Positions 42,256-55,356 of a DNA stretch of 64,000 nt are shown in pieces. Source of the DNA: Octopus sinensis (Eukaryota); assembly GCF_006345805.1 (NCBI RefSeq), contig NC_043004.1, positions 62,434,001 through 62,498,000 of the forward strand. Reading direction: 5' to 3'. The stretch's first letter is position 1. The number at the start of each line of letters is the position of its first letter. The notes beneath the pieces were generated by a model. The model had not been told where the DNA came from and did not search any database. It saw only the letters and a program-made list of their open reading frames with translations. The position numbers and the translations under genes are program-made.

Positions 42256-42797
42256 CCCAGCCATAACTTCAGCAACTGACCAAATATTTCTGCAAGATAC
42301 TATATACACATATGACTTGTCAGGCCAAACCAAAAGGACTCAAGAATATAAACATATTCAAACCTTCAAGAATATAGGATCCTGGTGGAAAATTTCTGTC
42401 TAAGCAACATGATTATTTAGATAAGGCTCAATGTGACAGGAAGCAACTGTTTTCTAGTTACGGTGTTGCAGTGATCATTTCTTCGACAGATGCGATTGCC
42501 TCCTCAACAAAATGGTGTAATTGCAACACATCTTTGGTGAATTAACGTGCAGCCTACACCACTTATATCCAGCATATATGTATCTATGTTTACCTATTAC
42601 TGTAGAATCGCTTGACTACGAAACAATGCATTTGCTTAAAAATATAGGTGTCCTGAGATCTTCAGCAAGAATCACCGCCAACTGATTGGCGTTACTGAAT
42701 TGCACTCGAGTAGACGTACAGGGAAAACATGTAAGTTATGCTAGTGATTTCTAATTGATGATACTGAGGTGAATCCTCAATCGCAAAGGCCTAAGTA

Positions 42798-43001
42798 CAG
42801 TAATCCATCGACTATCATGGGTGTTACTTTCCTAAACCTCCTACGGGAATTATTAAAATTAAAAGAGAATATAAATATCTATTGGCCGTAGATACGTGCG
42901 ATATACTGAGTCAGCGGTATAAAGTTACATATATTAGCCAGGAAGATCCGCGATGTACTGAGTGCGCGAAAGGTGAACCGCGATTTGGCGAGGGATTACT
43001 G
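42798..43001. mobile_element. pogo/Tigger-type MITE
   Basis: TA|CAGTAATCCatcg ... cgaGGGATTACTG|TA, 204 bp. Confidence 0.8.
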
Positions 43002-43289
43002 TATATCAAAAGAACATTCATAAATATTCATGAAACAGACATACTTGATTATTAAAACTTACACCCGTACTCATTACACGACTGCGAGTTTATCTACACG
43101 CAGACACACATGGATATATAGAAAGGATATATGTTTCCATATACATATTTATATAAGTATGTATGCGTATGCGTATATATATATATATATATATATATGC
43201 CAGTGTGTAAGTATATGTGTCTATGTGTGTCCGTGTGTGCTTGTGTGTTTATTAAGTATGTGAAACTGCGTGGTTAGTACGTTCTACAT

Positions 43290-43890
43290 ACAAATGCAAG
43301 ATGTTGGCGTCGATTTCCAGAAGATAGCACTCACATCAAAAGCAGTTTTCCGAAAATTTCATCATGGTATTATCCACCGATAAGACATGACGTTTTAGCT
43401 AGGACACTCTATAATGAAATCCGTCCGAGGGATAATCCCGAGGACAAAGAAATAGAAGCCCACAATATGGTAGAAGCCATATCCACTCATAATCAAAAGG
43501 AATACGGGTGGAATACACCAGCGAAGACCTCAATAAAATGTAAGCTCAACTGACCTGATATGATGATTTGGGATAGAGAAGAGAAACTGTGCACACTTGT
43601 AGAAATTAGTTGGTCAGTGGATATTAATATAAAGCTGAAGATCAGTGAAAAAGGGAACACCTCTGCTGAACTATTGAGAAATCTATAGTGACTCTACTCA
43701 GATTATAAGTTCAGGTTTATACCTGTAATTATAGGGGACCTGGAATATACGATACATTGCCTAAAAACCATTATTGAGAAATTAAGCTTCTCAAAACCGG
43801 AAAGGAGAAAGCTAATTCAGAGGTTACATATCCAATACATCACTGGTACTGTAAAAATGTGTAAAACTTTACAGAGGTTTATCATTTAAA
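43290..43890 (+). mobile_element. Decayed 3' region of a restriction-endonuclease-type LINE from a distinct family
   Basis: EDSTHIKSSFPK..IRHDVLA..KCKLN*PDMMIWDREEKLCTLVEIS..SEK..FIPVIIGDL. Confidence 0.8.
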
Positions 43891-44810
43891 ATACGTATGA
43901 GCATGTCTAGAAATGTAACTATACGCAAGGGAATACATACATAAAACATACAAATCTGCACGTACACACCTACATACATACATACATAATACATACATGC
44001 ACACATACATGCATATGCATGTATATGTATGTATTGTATATGTATATATATATATATATACATTTTGTGTGCGTGTGTTCATCTACTTGAAATTCGTGTT
44101 TATAGGAAGCCGTTCCTGCCACTTCATATAATGTAATAAAACAAGATCCATGAATATTTATTTAAGTATATGGAGAAGAATTAATAATATTAGAGTTAAT
44201 AACAGCAGTTCTAAAGAAGTTAAAAGCATTAGAATTAATGCCCAATATTTATTCTAAATCTTAAATATCTTCCTTTATTCCCTGAAGTGCTGCGGCAAAG
44301 AAAATTTATAAACCACATTCAGAATAGTTCGCGTTTACCAGTGTGTAATTCGTTTATGCCAATACGTGCGTGAGTGTGTATAAAATGAGTTGATAACTTA
44401 TACTGACAAAGGGAATGTATCGTGGATTAAAAAACGTAAAGAACAGCGAATTGATTAAAAGAGCGGCAAAGAAGATTATCTAAAAGAAAAAAAAAGGAAT
44501 TGCTTGCTGACAGTGGGGATAGAATATAAATATAAAGAACGCAACATTTGATAGGCCATAGACATAAAATATAGAGGAGAATCTATGTGGAAGAGATATT
44601 TATGTATGTGTAAACCAGCAAAGGGCAATATATGACGGAATATTTAAAAGAGAATGATAATTGCATAAGGAAGGCATCATTATGTAGAAGGCATCGCAAA
44701 GGATGTTCAGCGAGTGTGTCAATGAGTGAAGTGAGCGGCAAAATATTAGCGGAAGAGAACAGTCATCAAGTGTGACATCCACAATGGACATTAATAATAA
44801 GTGTTCCTAC

Positions 44811-45013
44811 CATAGACACATGGTCTAAAATTTTGAAGAGGGGCAAGTCGATTACATCTCTCGTAGAGCTCAACTGGTACTTAGTATATCGATATCGAAA
44901 GCGTGAACAACTTTCGATCTCAGTGGAATTGCAACTCAGAACGTACAGGCAGTAAAAAATGCCGGTATACAACTCGATCGACGTGTTATCAATTGTACCA
45001 ACTTGCTGCCTTA
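44811..45013 (-). mobile_element. SINE family C
   Basis: ggggcaagtcgattacatc..ctcaactggtactta..ggaattgcaactcagaacgta..ccaacttgctgcctta. Confidence 0.7.
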
Positions 45014-45956
45014 AATGAATATCAATAATTGTGGCGTTCCATTTCATAATGTTAATTTTACTTGTGGAAGCAGTGATGTTTCACTGATATTAATGATATG
45101 ATAATTTATTTATTTTGAAGACATTCATTGAAGTGAGATTACGAAATTTCGAGGCGGAGTCCGTGATGCAGAAGCTACCAGCGCGGGTTTGTTTGCTTCG
45201 CATTGTTAAAATATATCATACAGTGATGAGTATAGTGTATGTTGATTCAATCGTCACCATTCCGGCGTGAAATGTATTAAGACTAAAGAAATAGTTATTA
45301 ATGGTGGGAAACCGCTTAAAATATAGGAGGCCAAAAAATGTCATGCGTTTAGTTATCAATTTTTCAGCGCTGAGAGTATATTTTTACAGAGCATGTGGTC
45401 AATTGGCTTAGCCGTAAAATTTTGGACAAAAAGTCAATTCTTGCTTCATGAGTTCAAATCCAACCGATGTTACCTGCCCATTCAGGGTGGTGACGGATTT
45501 GTGTGTGTCCTGTGTTTTGCCTTGTAGTCTTTTTCCTGGTTGTTTTCTCACTTGTTTTCTCAAGTTGAAATTTTTCCGAGGCCTACATGTTTTGTTCTTT
45601 TTTTGTATTTTCATTGGATCATCTTTGCTGCTTGGATTTAGGGCGGTCTTATGTTTGAATAGAATAGCCCCACTTATCACAATTGATTTCCATCGATTAA
45701 AAATAAAATAAGAACACCAGCAATCAAACACTGAGACGATATCATTGATGATGCACTTTCTAAAATTAATAGCACTAGATTTGCATCGCTATCCTGTTTA
45801 TTATTTCTTCCATTCGAGATCTACTGCAGCTGTGTTGAATTTTCTTCTGGATACATTTGAGCTAATTGAAAATACTTAACTATTACCGTTCCAATTAACA
45901 ATGTTTGGTCACCAGACTAGCAGATTTTCGTGCGATCGGCTATATACTGATTGTTA

Positions 45957-46160
45957 GTATAGGCACAAAACCACACTGTTTGTGTTGAAGTAGGTATTAT
46001 ATTCGATAATATCAGTCTCACCACTTGATTTGTTTTGTTTGATCACAACTAGACGAATAGAAATGAAAGTAGGCCTTGGCGAGAAATGGAAGCACGTAAT
46101 AAAGGCTCCAAAATAAATATGAATTGTACGTTACTCGCGTGAGTCTGCCAACTCGTCTCA
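45957..46160 (-). mobile_element. SINE family C, strongly degraded
   Basis: taggcacaaaacc..gaaagtaggccttggcg..tctgccaactcgtc. Confidence 0.45.
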
Positions 46161-46214
46161 ACAAAAGACTGAAATATAATATATTAATGTTGACTTTTTA
46201 CCATGTTTTTTACA

Positions 46215-46870
46215 AATCTTACTATAATTGACGTTATGTGCGTCTATCGGTCCGTCTGCCTGTCTGTTCACTCTTCACGATCAGACGGCTGGACCAAAGG
46301 TCTTGATGATATCGGGGATTACAAAGGACGTAATCAGGAAGGTTTTTAGAGAATAAAAATAAGAAAGAGTATGATTACTTAGTGGATATTGAGTTTTGTA
46401 TTAATAAACTAACCTTGATTTTTTTTTGCGTGTGTGTTAAAATTCCGGCGACGAGGATTAATTCTGGATTCCCCATCCCCGCCCCACATAGAGTTTGGGG
46501 ATTTAGAGGATTTAGATTTGCGATACTGTCCCTATATTTCCCATCGTAGATGGGTACATTTGCAATCTTACTACAATAGACGTTATGTCTGTTTGTCTAT
46601 CGGTCTGCCTGTCTCGTTGTCTGTTCCCTCTTCACGGCCAGACGGCTGGACCAATGGCTGCAGTATTTTATGGCTTTAGAAAGATCGTCATGAAGGGTTT
46701 TAACATTAAAAAGTCAGAGACTATGTTTATTTCGTGGATATCGATTTTTTGAATTGAGAAATCACCTTCGCATTCTTGCTAAAATTTCCCTGTTCACGAG
46801 TAACTCAGGATTTTCGTCGTATAGTTCGCGCCCCCATCCTATATACGAAGGGGGCCGCGCGGACGATTAA
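46215..46870 (+). mobile_element. Two tandem diverged Helitron-type non-autonomous elements (starts near 46215 and 46564)
   Basis: Repeated atcttacta(t/c)aat(t/a)gacgttatgt..ctgtctgtt..cttcacg..cagacggctggacca. The acggctggacc motif after (CTGT)-like repeats is typical of Helitron-derived elements. Confidence 0.65.
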
Positions 46871-46899
46871 TATCGAAAATAAATGTGAAAAGTGTGTGG

Positions 46900-47286
46900 C
46901 AGTATACAGAGTGTGATTATAAAGTGGTTATTGAAGTGTGTTAGTCTCGAGCAGGATCCCAAACGACTAATCGAAGCAGCTGTTGTTTACATCTCAGTTT
47001 TGCCAATCAAAATAACCCATGCTCCCAGAACGTCCAGACATTATTCACATAAAACTATGTGAGGTATGTCTTAGTTTGAATTTTTGCAACACAAACGATC
47101 CTGCTCGCGCATTCACAGCAAACACGTCACGGGGCCAGACTTTAGATCGTGTACTTGTCTTTTTACGCACTCCGATGTTTACACACGACCACTTAAACGT
47201 CACTATGAGTTGAGTAATGGACTTCAATAATTTGAAAATTAGTGTCGACTAAACATAAAATACCGTCTGCAAAGAGGTTTTGTAAC
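46900..47286 (+). pseudogene. Helitron RepHel Pif1-like helicase C-terminal remnant
   Basis: AFTANTSRGQTLDRVLVFLRTPMFTHDHLNVTMS*V..NLKIS..NTVCKEVL* matches the TINKSQGQTL..VFSHGQLYVALSRV..NVVYKEVL pattern. Confidence 0.82.
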
Positions 47287-49917
47287 CATATTGATTACAA
47301 AGGAATGTGGTTCATAATTCAAATAAGGAAATTTGTGAACTTTGAATGTATAAGAGCGTAATCAAGCGTAAAAGAGTGTAAACAACTAAAATAAAGTTAT
47401 ATCTAGATAACATTTTTTCTTAATACTTTGTTTATGTAATGATCGAAGGAAGCTCTGTCTTTCGTTAGGAGTGGCCCATATAAACATTCATGATACAGTT
47501 TAAAACAACCTCCTATTGAAACAATATAAATAATTTATTCAGGAAATATAAATACAGTAGACTGGAGGACAACAAATAAACAATCGCGGGACTTAAATAA
47601 AATTGGGAAGATTGAAAAATAGACAAATGGGTGGAGGTACAAAATAAGCGAAACGATAGACATAAACCAAGAAAGTAAGCGACAGCATTAATAAATGAAA
47701 AAAAAATTATATGAATGAAAAATAGAAATAATGTGTAGAATGAAATGAGGAACGACTTTTATTGTTATAAAATAAATATATTTGGAAACACACAAAAATA
47801 AGTAGAGCACACTACCAAAAAAGCACTGATGAAAGTGTAAGAGAGAAACAACAATATACTTTGGTGCTTTTGTGTTGATGAAATAAAGAGACAAGGAAAA
47901 ATAACAAGAGTCCTTTCTATAAGAAAATGTGATAAGTGAACAGAAGTGTACTGAAATGAATATTGATAAAAAGACATGTATTATGGAAAGAAAAAGGAAG
48001 GGGAAAATGAAGAGATTATCATTATTTCAATGCAAGTCTTTTAAAGATGTGCAAAACATGTGGATTATAAGAGCTAGTGTAATGGGAGATAAGGATGGAA
48101 AACAAAACAACTGAAGCAAACGAATAGAAACTGAATACATGTCGAAGTATGAAGACAAAGATTGCTAGGCGTGAGTTGTCAAACGACACTATCTCGATTT
48201 CCTCTTCTTTTTTTTTAATTGTCAGAGAAGACAAACCAAATTTCTTAGATAAAATTAATTTATTCATTTCTTTATATTACTATATTTATTTTTGAAGAAT
48301 AACAACAGTTACAATCATATTTCTGTGATTATAGCTGCCGGGCTACTCTCATGAAACTGTTCCACCTTTAAGGAAATATCATTATTAAATGTTTACTGTA
48401 GTATTAATATATATATAATTTATCTCAGTAAGTCTATGTGTTAACGAAACCAATGTGCTTTCATAGCTATGAAATGTAACGCACACAACATTTCAGGGCA
48501 AACGACGGCCATAAGTTACATTCATTTCTATTCTTTGCGTCTTACGTGAACTCCGTTATATTTAGCTTTATGGTTAAGTAAATAATCAACGGTGAATTTA
48601 TGAATTCTAAAAGATGCCAATATTAATATTTCCAGAAAACAGCGATTATAGATTTCCTTTCATTCGATTCAATGAATAATTTGATGAGCAACATTTAAAA
48701 TTGGTTTCAAAGAATTAACTCAAAACAAAAGATTGACGTCTGCCTGAGATTATATTAATCTTGTCAGTATAACTCCGGCATGACATGTCGGTTGATTAGA
48801 AGAATATAACAGCGGTTATTTTTTAGTAATTCTGATTTAGTTTTATAAAAACTGTTTCTATCTTATCTCCTCCTCCAAATTAGTGTCTGTCACAATTGAA
48901 AATACATCCTTAGTATGTCGGAATATATGTTTAGCGACATTTAATCAAGATCTTTACGATATGAGTCCATACACCAGCGCGGTTAACTTTGCTTTTTAAC
49001 TTCTCTGAGTTGATAATATAAAGTTTCAGTCACGTACTGGATACAATGGTATTGAATAAACAGCTATGGTGGGAAACTCAGGATCTGTCTAAGCTAAAAA
49101 TCACAAGACTAGTTGTAGGCAGAATGGTTGTACAGAAAATAAAGACTTGCATTAGCTGTATATGTTTCTTTGTATTCTCACTTGAAAAAATTGCAGAGTT
49201 CAACTTTGATTTCGTGAACTTTTGTCGAAACATTGAAGGACGGAAACGATTGTGCATGGGCTGAATCACATCTTAAATTTTTTAACCTGCTTCTTATGCA
49301 GGAAAGTGGCTTCATTCATAAGTTATGAGTGCAGTTGTACGAGCTACAGGAAGGCATTTTGCTCTAAGTACCTGCGAATTGGAGAAGAAAAGAAACAAAT
49401 GAGGGGAGAAGCAGTGTAATCGACAAGGAGTCACAGACATCGGAGCAATAATATATCAAAGTTCTAGGTTGTTATGGCAAATCCCATCACCTACACTCCA
49501 CAATCAGAAAACAATGGAAAATCACAGAGAACATATCTGGAAATGAGAAGCACAGCCTCTCGTATTGAAATGTAGTGAAAGTATTCGAAAGAAAATGATT
49601 GAGGGCACCGCAGCGGGGAATGACATATTAAAAGGAGGAACTTATTTTGGGAGAAGTGCAATAGAGCTAACTGGTGTAGGAATAGCCTCAGAATATAGAT
49701 GTATACATTGAACACTGAACTGTTCGTGTAAATGATGAAATATTGTAGAAGGTAGGCTTTGCAGAAGAGAAAGTGGTAAAATACCTGGATTAATAATTGA
49801 ATTAAAACGCCATTTTTTAGTCGATGATGTGCCCGTGTTTAGACATTTGGTGTTTCCAGATGGTCTTTTGATGCGAAGGGAGACGAAATATGGAGTTGGT
49901 GATGACTCCTCCGATGG

Positions 49918-49985
49918 TCGTCCCTTACCGTGGTGGACGAGCTTGTGTGTTCTAATGATTCCGAGAGCGATTCTTAGAGCCATTT
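49918..49985 (+). mobile_element. RTE-clade LINE 5' conserved motif fragment
   Basis: cccttaccgtggtggacgagcttgtgtgttctaatgattccgagagc resembles the recalled RTE/BovB 5' motif gccttgtcgtgg..gggcttgcgt..caatga..gagc. Confidence 0.5.
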
Positions 49986-51773
49986 GTCATCTATATGTAG
50001 CATGAGGCGATCTTCATTAGTGTCCTTCTCATTATATTTATATAATTGTATATTCGTGTTTATATTCAGGGTGACCAAAAAGTAACTGCTGAGTTTCAGG
50101 TTTTAATAACTTCCCTAACGCAACAAATAAATGCATGATATTTTGATACCGTATAAAGGACATAATGGAAATTAATATGATGCAATAACGTCGCATAAAT
50201 GGCAGCCATTTTCGGTTTCGTATTCCCGCGCTCTTTCCAGAACCTGCACCATAAGACCTTCAGGCCCCACTTGCGAAAGGTATGGCAGATTCCGATAGAA
50301 AATATATTTACGTATTTGTGAAGGGCGTTTACTTTCAAGAAAGCTACATCTCATCTCTTAAATGTATAAGAACACATGCATTCAGTTGCCAAATAATCAA
50401 ATAGCATCTGCATATCTCATATATTCGTAAACTTTGAAAATTTCATCGAAGTTGAGCTGAAGGTTTTTTTTTATTCGAAAGTTAATAATGGAATCGAGAT
50501 ATAGATGCAAGATGAGTGAGATGAATTAGCATAGACAAAATTCGACCTAATTAGCATGGGAGGGGTTAAAATATCTGTAAAAGAAGTAATGGATCAAATA
50601 ACTATAATTGGAACGTAATGTAACTGAACGTGAATCTACATATATTTCGTGAAAGTTGCTACAAATATTGCTTTTGAATATATAGAAGTGAAGACTGTAA
50701 TGTCAAAAACACTATATTTTGGGGATATTTAACAGTTTTTTTCCCTATGAAGTGCTTTCAATGAAAATAATAAAAAAATACTCGGCATGTAAAAAATATA
50801 ATCCGTGGAATATGAGTTAGAATAAATATTCCTGGTGAAGATTGTAGTTAAAATGTATTCAGCAATAGAGGATTTGAAATATTATAGAGTATTAATCTTA
50901 TTTTAGAAAGCCATAAAATGTTATAAACCTGCAGTTATTCGCCCGTATCATTGAAGTTTTAATATTGTGGATAATTTCAATGAACATTTAAAATTAATGA
51001 TATGAATTAAAAGTTAAATGTGCATTAATAAGTATGTATTAGATATATAAATATATTATCAGCTAATTTCATGTGAGAGTCAATGATATGTATGAAATTA
51101 ACAACAAGTTGTTTTGGAAAGCGAAGAACATTTGGAACATTTTATGAGCTATAATTTCCTAAAAGTTTACATGGATTGTTATAAAGCCACAAGAATTGAC
51201 TTACTAACTAGATATGCTTCCTCAAACTCGAATAAATTCAATGAAGTAAAAATTTAATTTGGACTTTTAATTTAAAATATGTGAAAGGAATTTATATTTA
51301 ATTGATTAAATTAATGACACAAATAATGGTAAATGTCGCAATTTTCAGAGAAAATTTTGCTTAGAGTAATGACATCTTGCTGCTTACTGTAGTATTTGAT
51401 TAGTCGTGAAATATACATGAAACGCCGTATTTAAATGGGAATAACAGGATTCTAAACTAGGTTAAATAAGCTGATTACGCATTTAGTTAATACAAATGCC
51501 TATTTTATGATAAATGGTTTAAATGCCGAGAACACGGAAAAAATTGTATCTAGGCGTGTTTATTTTCTGTTGATGATCAATTATTGATTAAATTATTGTG
51601 TGTCTCGAATCCACTGATGTTTTTAAATTTATCAAAAAGAGGAGCAGTATACTATAATTTTTCCTGCAGACCTCATTCTACAACTCTTGAACTCTTGGTG
51701 ATCAACACGGCGGCAGTTTTGGTTTTTCCAAAAGCCACCACGTTGTGGTGCACCTGAGCACTATACAATGATT

Positions 51774-51774
<1 letters not shown>

Positions 51775-51806
<32 letters not shown>

Positions 51807-51820
51807 TATTATTATTATTA

Positions 51821-51890
<70 letters not shown>

Positions 51891-51893
51891 TAT
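51775..51893. repeat. (ATT)n microsatellite, probably the tail of a short upstream retroelement 3' end
   Basis: Direct reading. Preceded by gtggtgcacctgagcactatacaatgatttc. Confidence 0.85.
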
Positions 51894-52739
51894 TAACAGC
51901 TAATATTTTTTTTATAATTTGAATGTGTAAAAAAAATTTATAGTCCACACTGTAATAAACAATGTCTATATTTGTGGTAATGTCACCGCCGTTGTATCTG
52001 AATTATTTAATGTGTATATTTCGAAAGGTTAAACTCTACATTCTTCTTGGAATAATATAATGTGACCATTGTTTGCAACTCTTTAACAATTCCATCCATT
52101 CAAAAGACATTGAAGTTTTTTTATAATAATCGCCAACAATTTTCAAGGACATGATTATCACTATTGTATTTGATATTAATTTAAAACTGTTAAATTTCAT
52201 TGTTACCTCATCAGGATGAGAATGTATCAGAATATATTTCCTATGCATAATCTAACTTAAAACCTTCTCTACCGTGCTACAATCTAGCAAACTCACTGCG
52301 ACAAATCATACACAATTCAATTCAAAACATTTCAAATACTCTGCTTTATCTTTTATCGAACAGAGGTTCCATTTCTCAATGTTCAAAATGAAGGGCGTTC
52401 TTGAAGACGTAAAATATTACATGAATAGGAGTATATCATTTACTAAATATAAGAGACTTGAGAGCGGTGAGTAACTAAGGACATATGGTACGTCGTTCTT
52501 TCTTTTCAAAAGGCCCTAGTTTAAATCTGGTTCCAGTTCCTGAAAACAGCTGATACGTCATATATAGACAGAGTACGTAGTGGAAGGCCGTACGTATTTC
52601 AGTTGGACAGCAGCATCAATTAAGATTGAAGCAATTCAAGGATAGATGTCTGACAATTTTAATGAACACATAACATAATTGGACTACAAGGCATATAGCT
52701 TTTTTCAGAGTCAGTGAGTAGTCAGTCAACATCCCTACG

Positions 52740-52870
52740 ATACAAAGAATTTTTTGAAAACCGCCATAACTGGAACAATGTCCGACCTGAACCAAACACA
52801 TTTAATTCGGGCATGTAGAATATTTAGATCTCGCATGGAAGCAATTATTCATGCCGAAGGTGGTTACAAA
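52740..52870 (+). mobile_element. Tc1/mariner-superfamily transposase C-terminal fragment
   Basis: LKTAITGTMSDLNQTHLIRACRIFRSRMEAIIHAEGGY matches the typical RACxxFRxRxEAVIxAxGGY terminus. Confidence 0.7.
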
Positions 52871-53520
52871 CAACTTTCTTCACAAATGCCTTACCCTATA
52901 TACATGCACAAACACACATATATAGAGAGAGGGGGAGAGGCACCAAAGTCCGACAAACATATAGGTAGGCATGTATGCGTTGAATTATTTTTGCATATAA
53001 ACTCTGGAAATAGCAGTGAAAAAACTTCTTTAGCATGGCAGTTTAGCTTTGATTTTACCAAAAAGTGTTTGATTTTGTAATATATAATGCAACTCATGCA
53101 TTTAATATAGTTTGATCAAATAAAGATGCCTTCTGATATTCGTATATAAGCTGACAAGAAAAATCAATAAAGCGCTGTCCAGCAACAATTTTAAATATAG
53201 AAATATCGTAGGATGAATGAACCTTTATTGATATATACAATCCTACAGCAGAGAAAAAAAAAGCAATTGTCCGATCACAATAGCAGAAATGTATATTTTC
53301 TATATCAGAGCAGATGACTTATTAGCATCAGGATGATTGATGATGCTTCACTTAAGAATAACGACACAAATTGTCACCAAAGGCGTCCTGACTATTTCAC
53401 ATCACTGGTATATTAATATCATCAGCATTTATTGCTTGAAATTTAAGGTTATATGTATTTGTATGCGTAGAGTGTGTCAGTGCATGTATTTGCCTTTGTA
53501 GGTATATATACATATATATC

Positions 53521-53817
53521 AGTTTTTCGAAATCAGTGGCAGTCGTCACTAGAAAAAACTCTTATATATTTGCAAAGCAGCCCTTGTCTTTCATCGTGAC
53601 CGGGTGGTTACCGCCCGTTGATAAGAGACAATAATCTCGAAACCGGTCCGGTGCGTATCACTCAGGCTTACGAGGAAGGGATGGCCTCCCTTTGCAAATA
53701 CCTGAAGGGCACAGAAAGTGTGTCTACAGCCAGCTGGAGACGTTGATCTCCTGGGGCTAAAAAGCTACAGTAACACCCTACTTTGTGGTTAGCCATATTG
53801 AGATGGCTTTTATACTT

Positions 53818-53820
<3 letters not shown>
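53521..53820 (+). mobile_element. Structured ~300-bp (TA)n-embedded element carrying an HHR
   Basis: 5' hairpin 53521-53560, an 11-bp stem (53567-53577 / 53690-53700) enclosing the HHR, and a 3' hairpin agccat/atggct. TA repeats flank it. Confidence 0.65.
53612..53655 (+). ncRNA. Minimal type I hammerhead ribozyme with a U3-A8 core variant (GUC site)
   Basis: cgcccg-TTGATAA-gaga-caataa-tctc-GAAAC-cg-GTC-cggtgcg. All three helices pair, and helix III is the palindrome ACCGGT. Confidence 0.75.
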
Positions 53821-53862
<42 letters not shown>

Positions 53863-54358
53863 GTATATATATGTATATTTGTGTGTGTGTGTGTGTTTGT
53901 CTGTGTATGTATAAGTGTATGCATGTATCTATGCATGTATGTTTGTAACGGTAAGATCCAAGTATCAAAAAGTAGGAAAATAGTAAGAATGAGCAGTCCG
54001 TAGATAGTATGGAAAGTAATTTCAGTAACAGTGGTTTATTCATGTAAAATGTTTGAAAAGTTGGGTCATATGGAAGATTCATAAGCTGAAAATAACTGTT
54101 TCAAAACTTATGATTAGCTGCAGGCATTCCTGAGCATGTGAATAGAAGTAAAATATTTGGGAATGGAGTAGATAACCTCCAGGTGTCATACGTTTCATTT
54201 CTAGTAGAATCTCAAAAGTAGTAATTATCTAAACGAGGGTTTAATCCGTTGGCTACTAGTCTGACAAAATATACCCTAATCAAAATGCGTTTACATTGTC
54301 GTGCACGTATTCGATATATACATATATACATGTGTATATATATGTATGTATATATATA

Positions 54359-54403
<45 letters not shown>

Positions 54404-54449
54404 CGTGTGTGTATCTATCTATCTATCTGTCTATATATCTATTTATCAA

Positions 54450-54660
54450 AATGTGACCTCGTGTGTACCGTTGGCGATTTTTTTTTCCTCTGTCTTCCCT
54501 TCTCTGGATCTTTCCTTCTCCTATGTTTCCGACGAAGAGCTCAGCTCGAAATGTTAAACCCTCCTTCTTTCCTTCTTGCCTGAGCGTCCAATAATACTAT
54601 ATTTGTTTCACGTCCTCGCGGCGTAGTGCTTTTTTGTGCTTTCTTGTTTGGATTAACTTT
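54450..54660 (+). mobile_element. Short (TA)n-associated element with a degenerate minimal HHR
   Basis: 54525-54559 reads gttt-CCGACGA-a-gagc-tca-gctc-GAAAT-GTT-aaac. Related to 24673-24880. Confidence 0.6.
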
Positions 54661-54894
54661 ATATGAATATATATATATATATATATATACATGTATATAC
54701 ATACACACACACACACGCATATATATATATATATATATATACATACATACATATAACGATTCTTCATATTGAATTGGTAGCTTCCTATTGTAAGTAATTT
54801 TGTTTTTACTTATGAAAATGTTACAAGTTTGTGTGTTATGAACACGTATCCTATATAAACTCAACAAACAATTAAAGATGGAGAAGAGTAGATG

Positions 54895-55316
54895 TTAAAA
54901 GTTTTATAAAATTTTAATCCATCTGTACGATCGTTTCGAATGGGAACTCAAACATGGAATATAAGAAGCATGGAATATATTAAATCAACCTAATTTGTTA
55001 TAATTATAATTAAATTAATTACATATTACCATTCTCCTCAGGGCAAAAGAAGAATGTATTTAAAAGATAGTATCAAAAGAATATTATATTGTTACGGAAG
55101 ACTAGTTGGAGTCAGTATCACATAATTCATTTGGATATTCGTATGAATATCAAAGATGAAATATAAGAACATGCTTAGGTAGTGTTGCGTCTAGTTGTGT
55201 AAGAACTATAAATATAATTATAATTATCGTTAATTAATTTTTTTCCATGTTTCTTACATGTTAATGTTGCCATTCGAAACGATCGTGTGCATGGATTAAA
55301 ATTTAATAAAATTTTA
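54895..55316 (-). mobile_element. Penelope pLTR-like remnant with an inverted terminal duplication
   Basis: aaaattttaatccat..acgatcgtttcgaatgg (about 54897-54975) is inverted at about 55245-55316. Confidence 0.7.
54920..55048 (-). ncRNA. Type I HHR motif with a decayed helix I
   Basis: CTGAGGA-gaatgg..(long AT loop)..ccattc-GAAAC-gatc-GTA. Perfect 6-bp helix II and palindromic ACGATCGT, but helix I does not pair. Confidence 0.6.
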
Positions 55317-55356
55317 GAAATATAGAAATATATAGAAATATAGCAAAATTAGAAGT

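Noticed and set aside
49480-49535. TYTPQSENNGKSQR resembling the integrase YTPQQNG motif
   Set aside because: The spacing is wrong and there are no other integrase motifs or LTRs.
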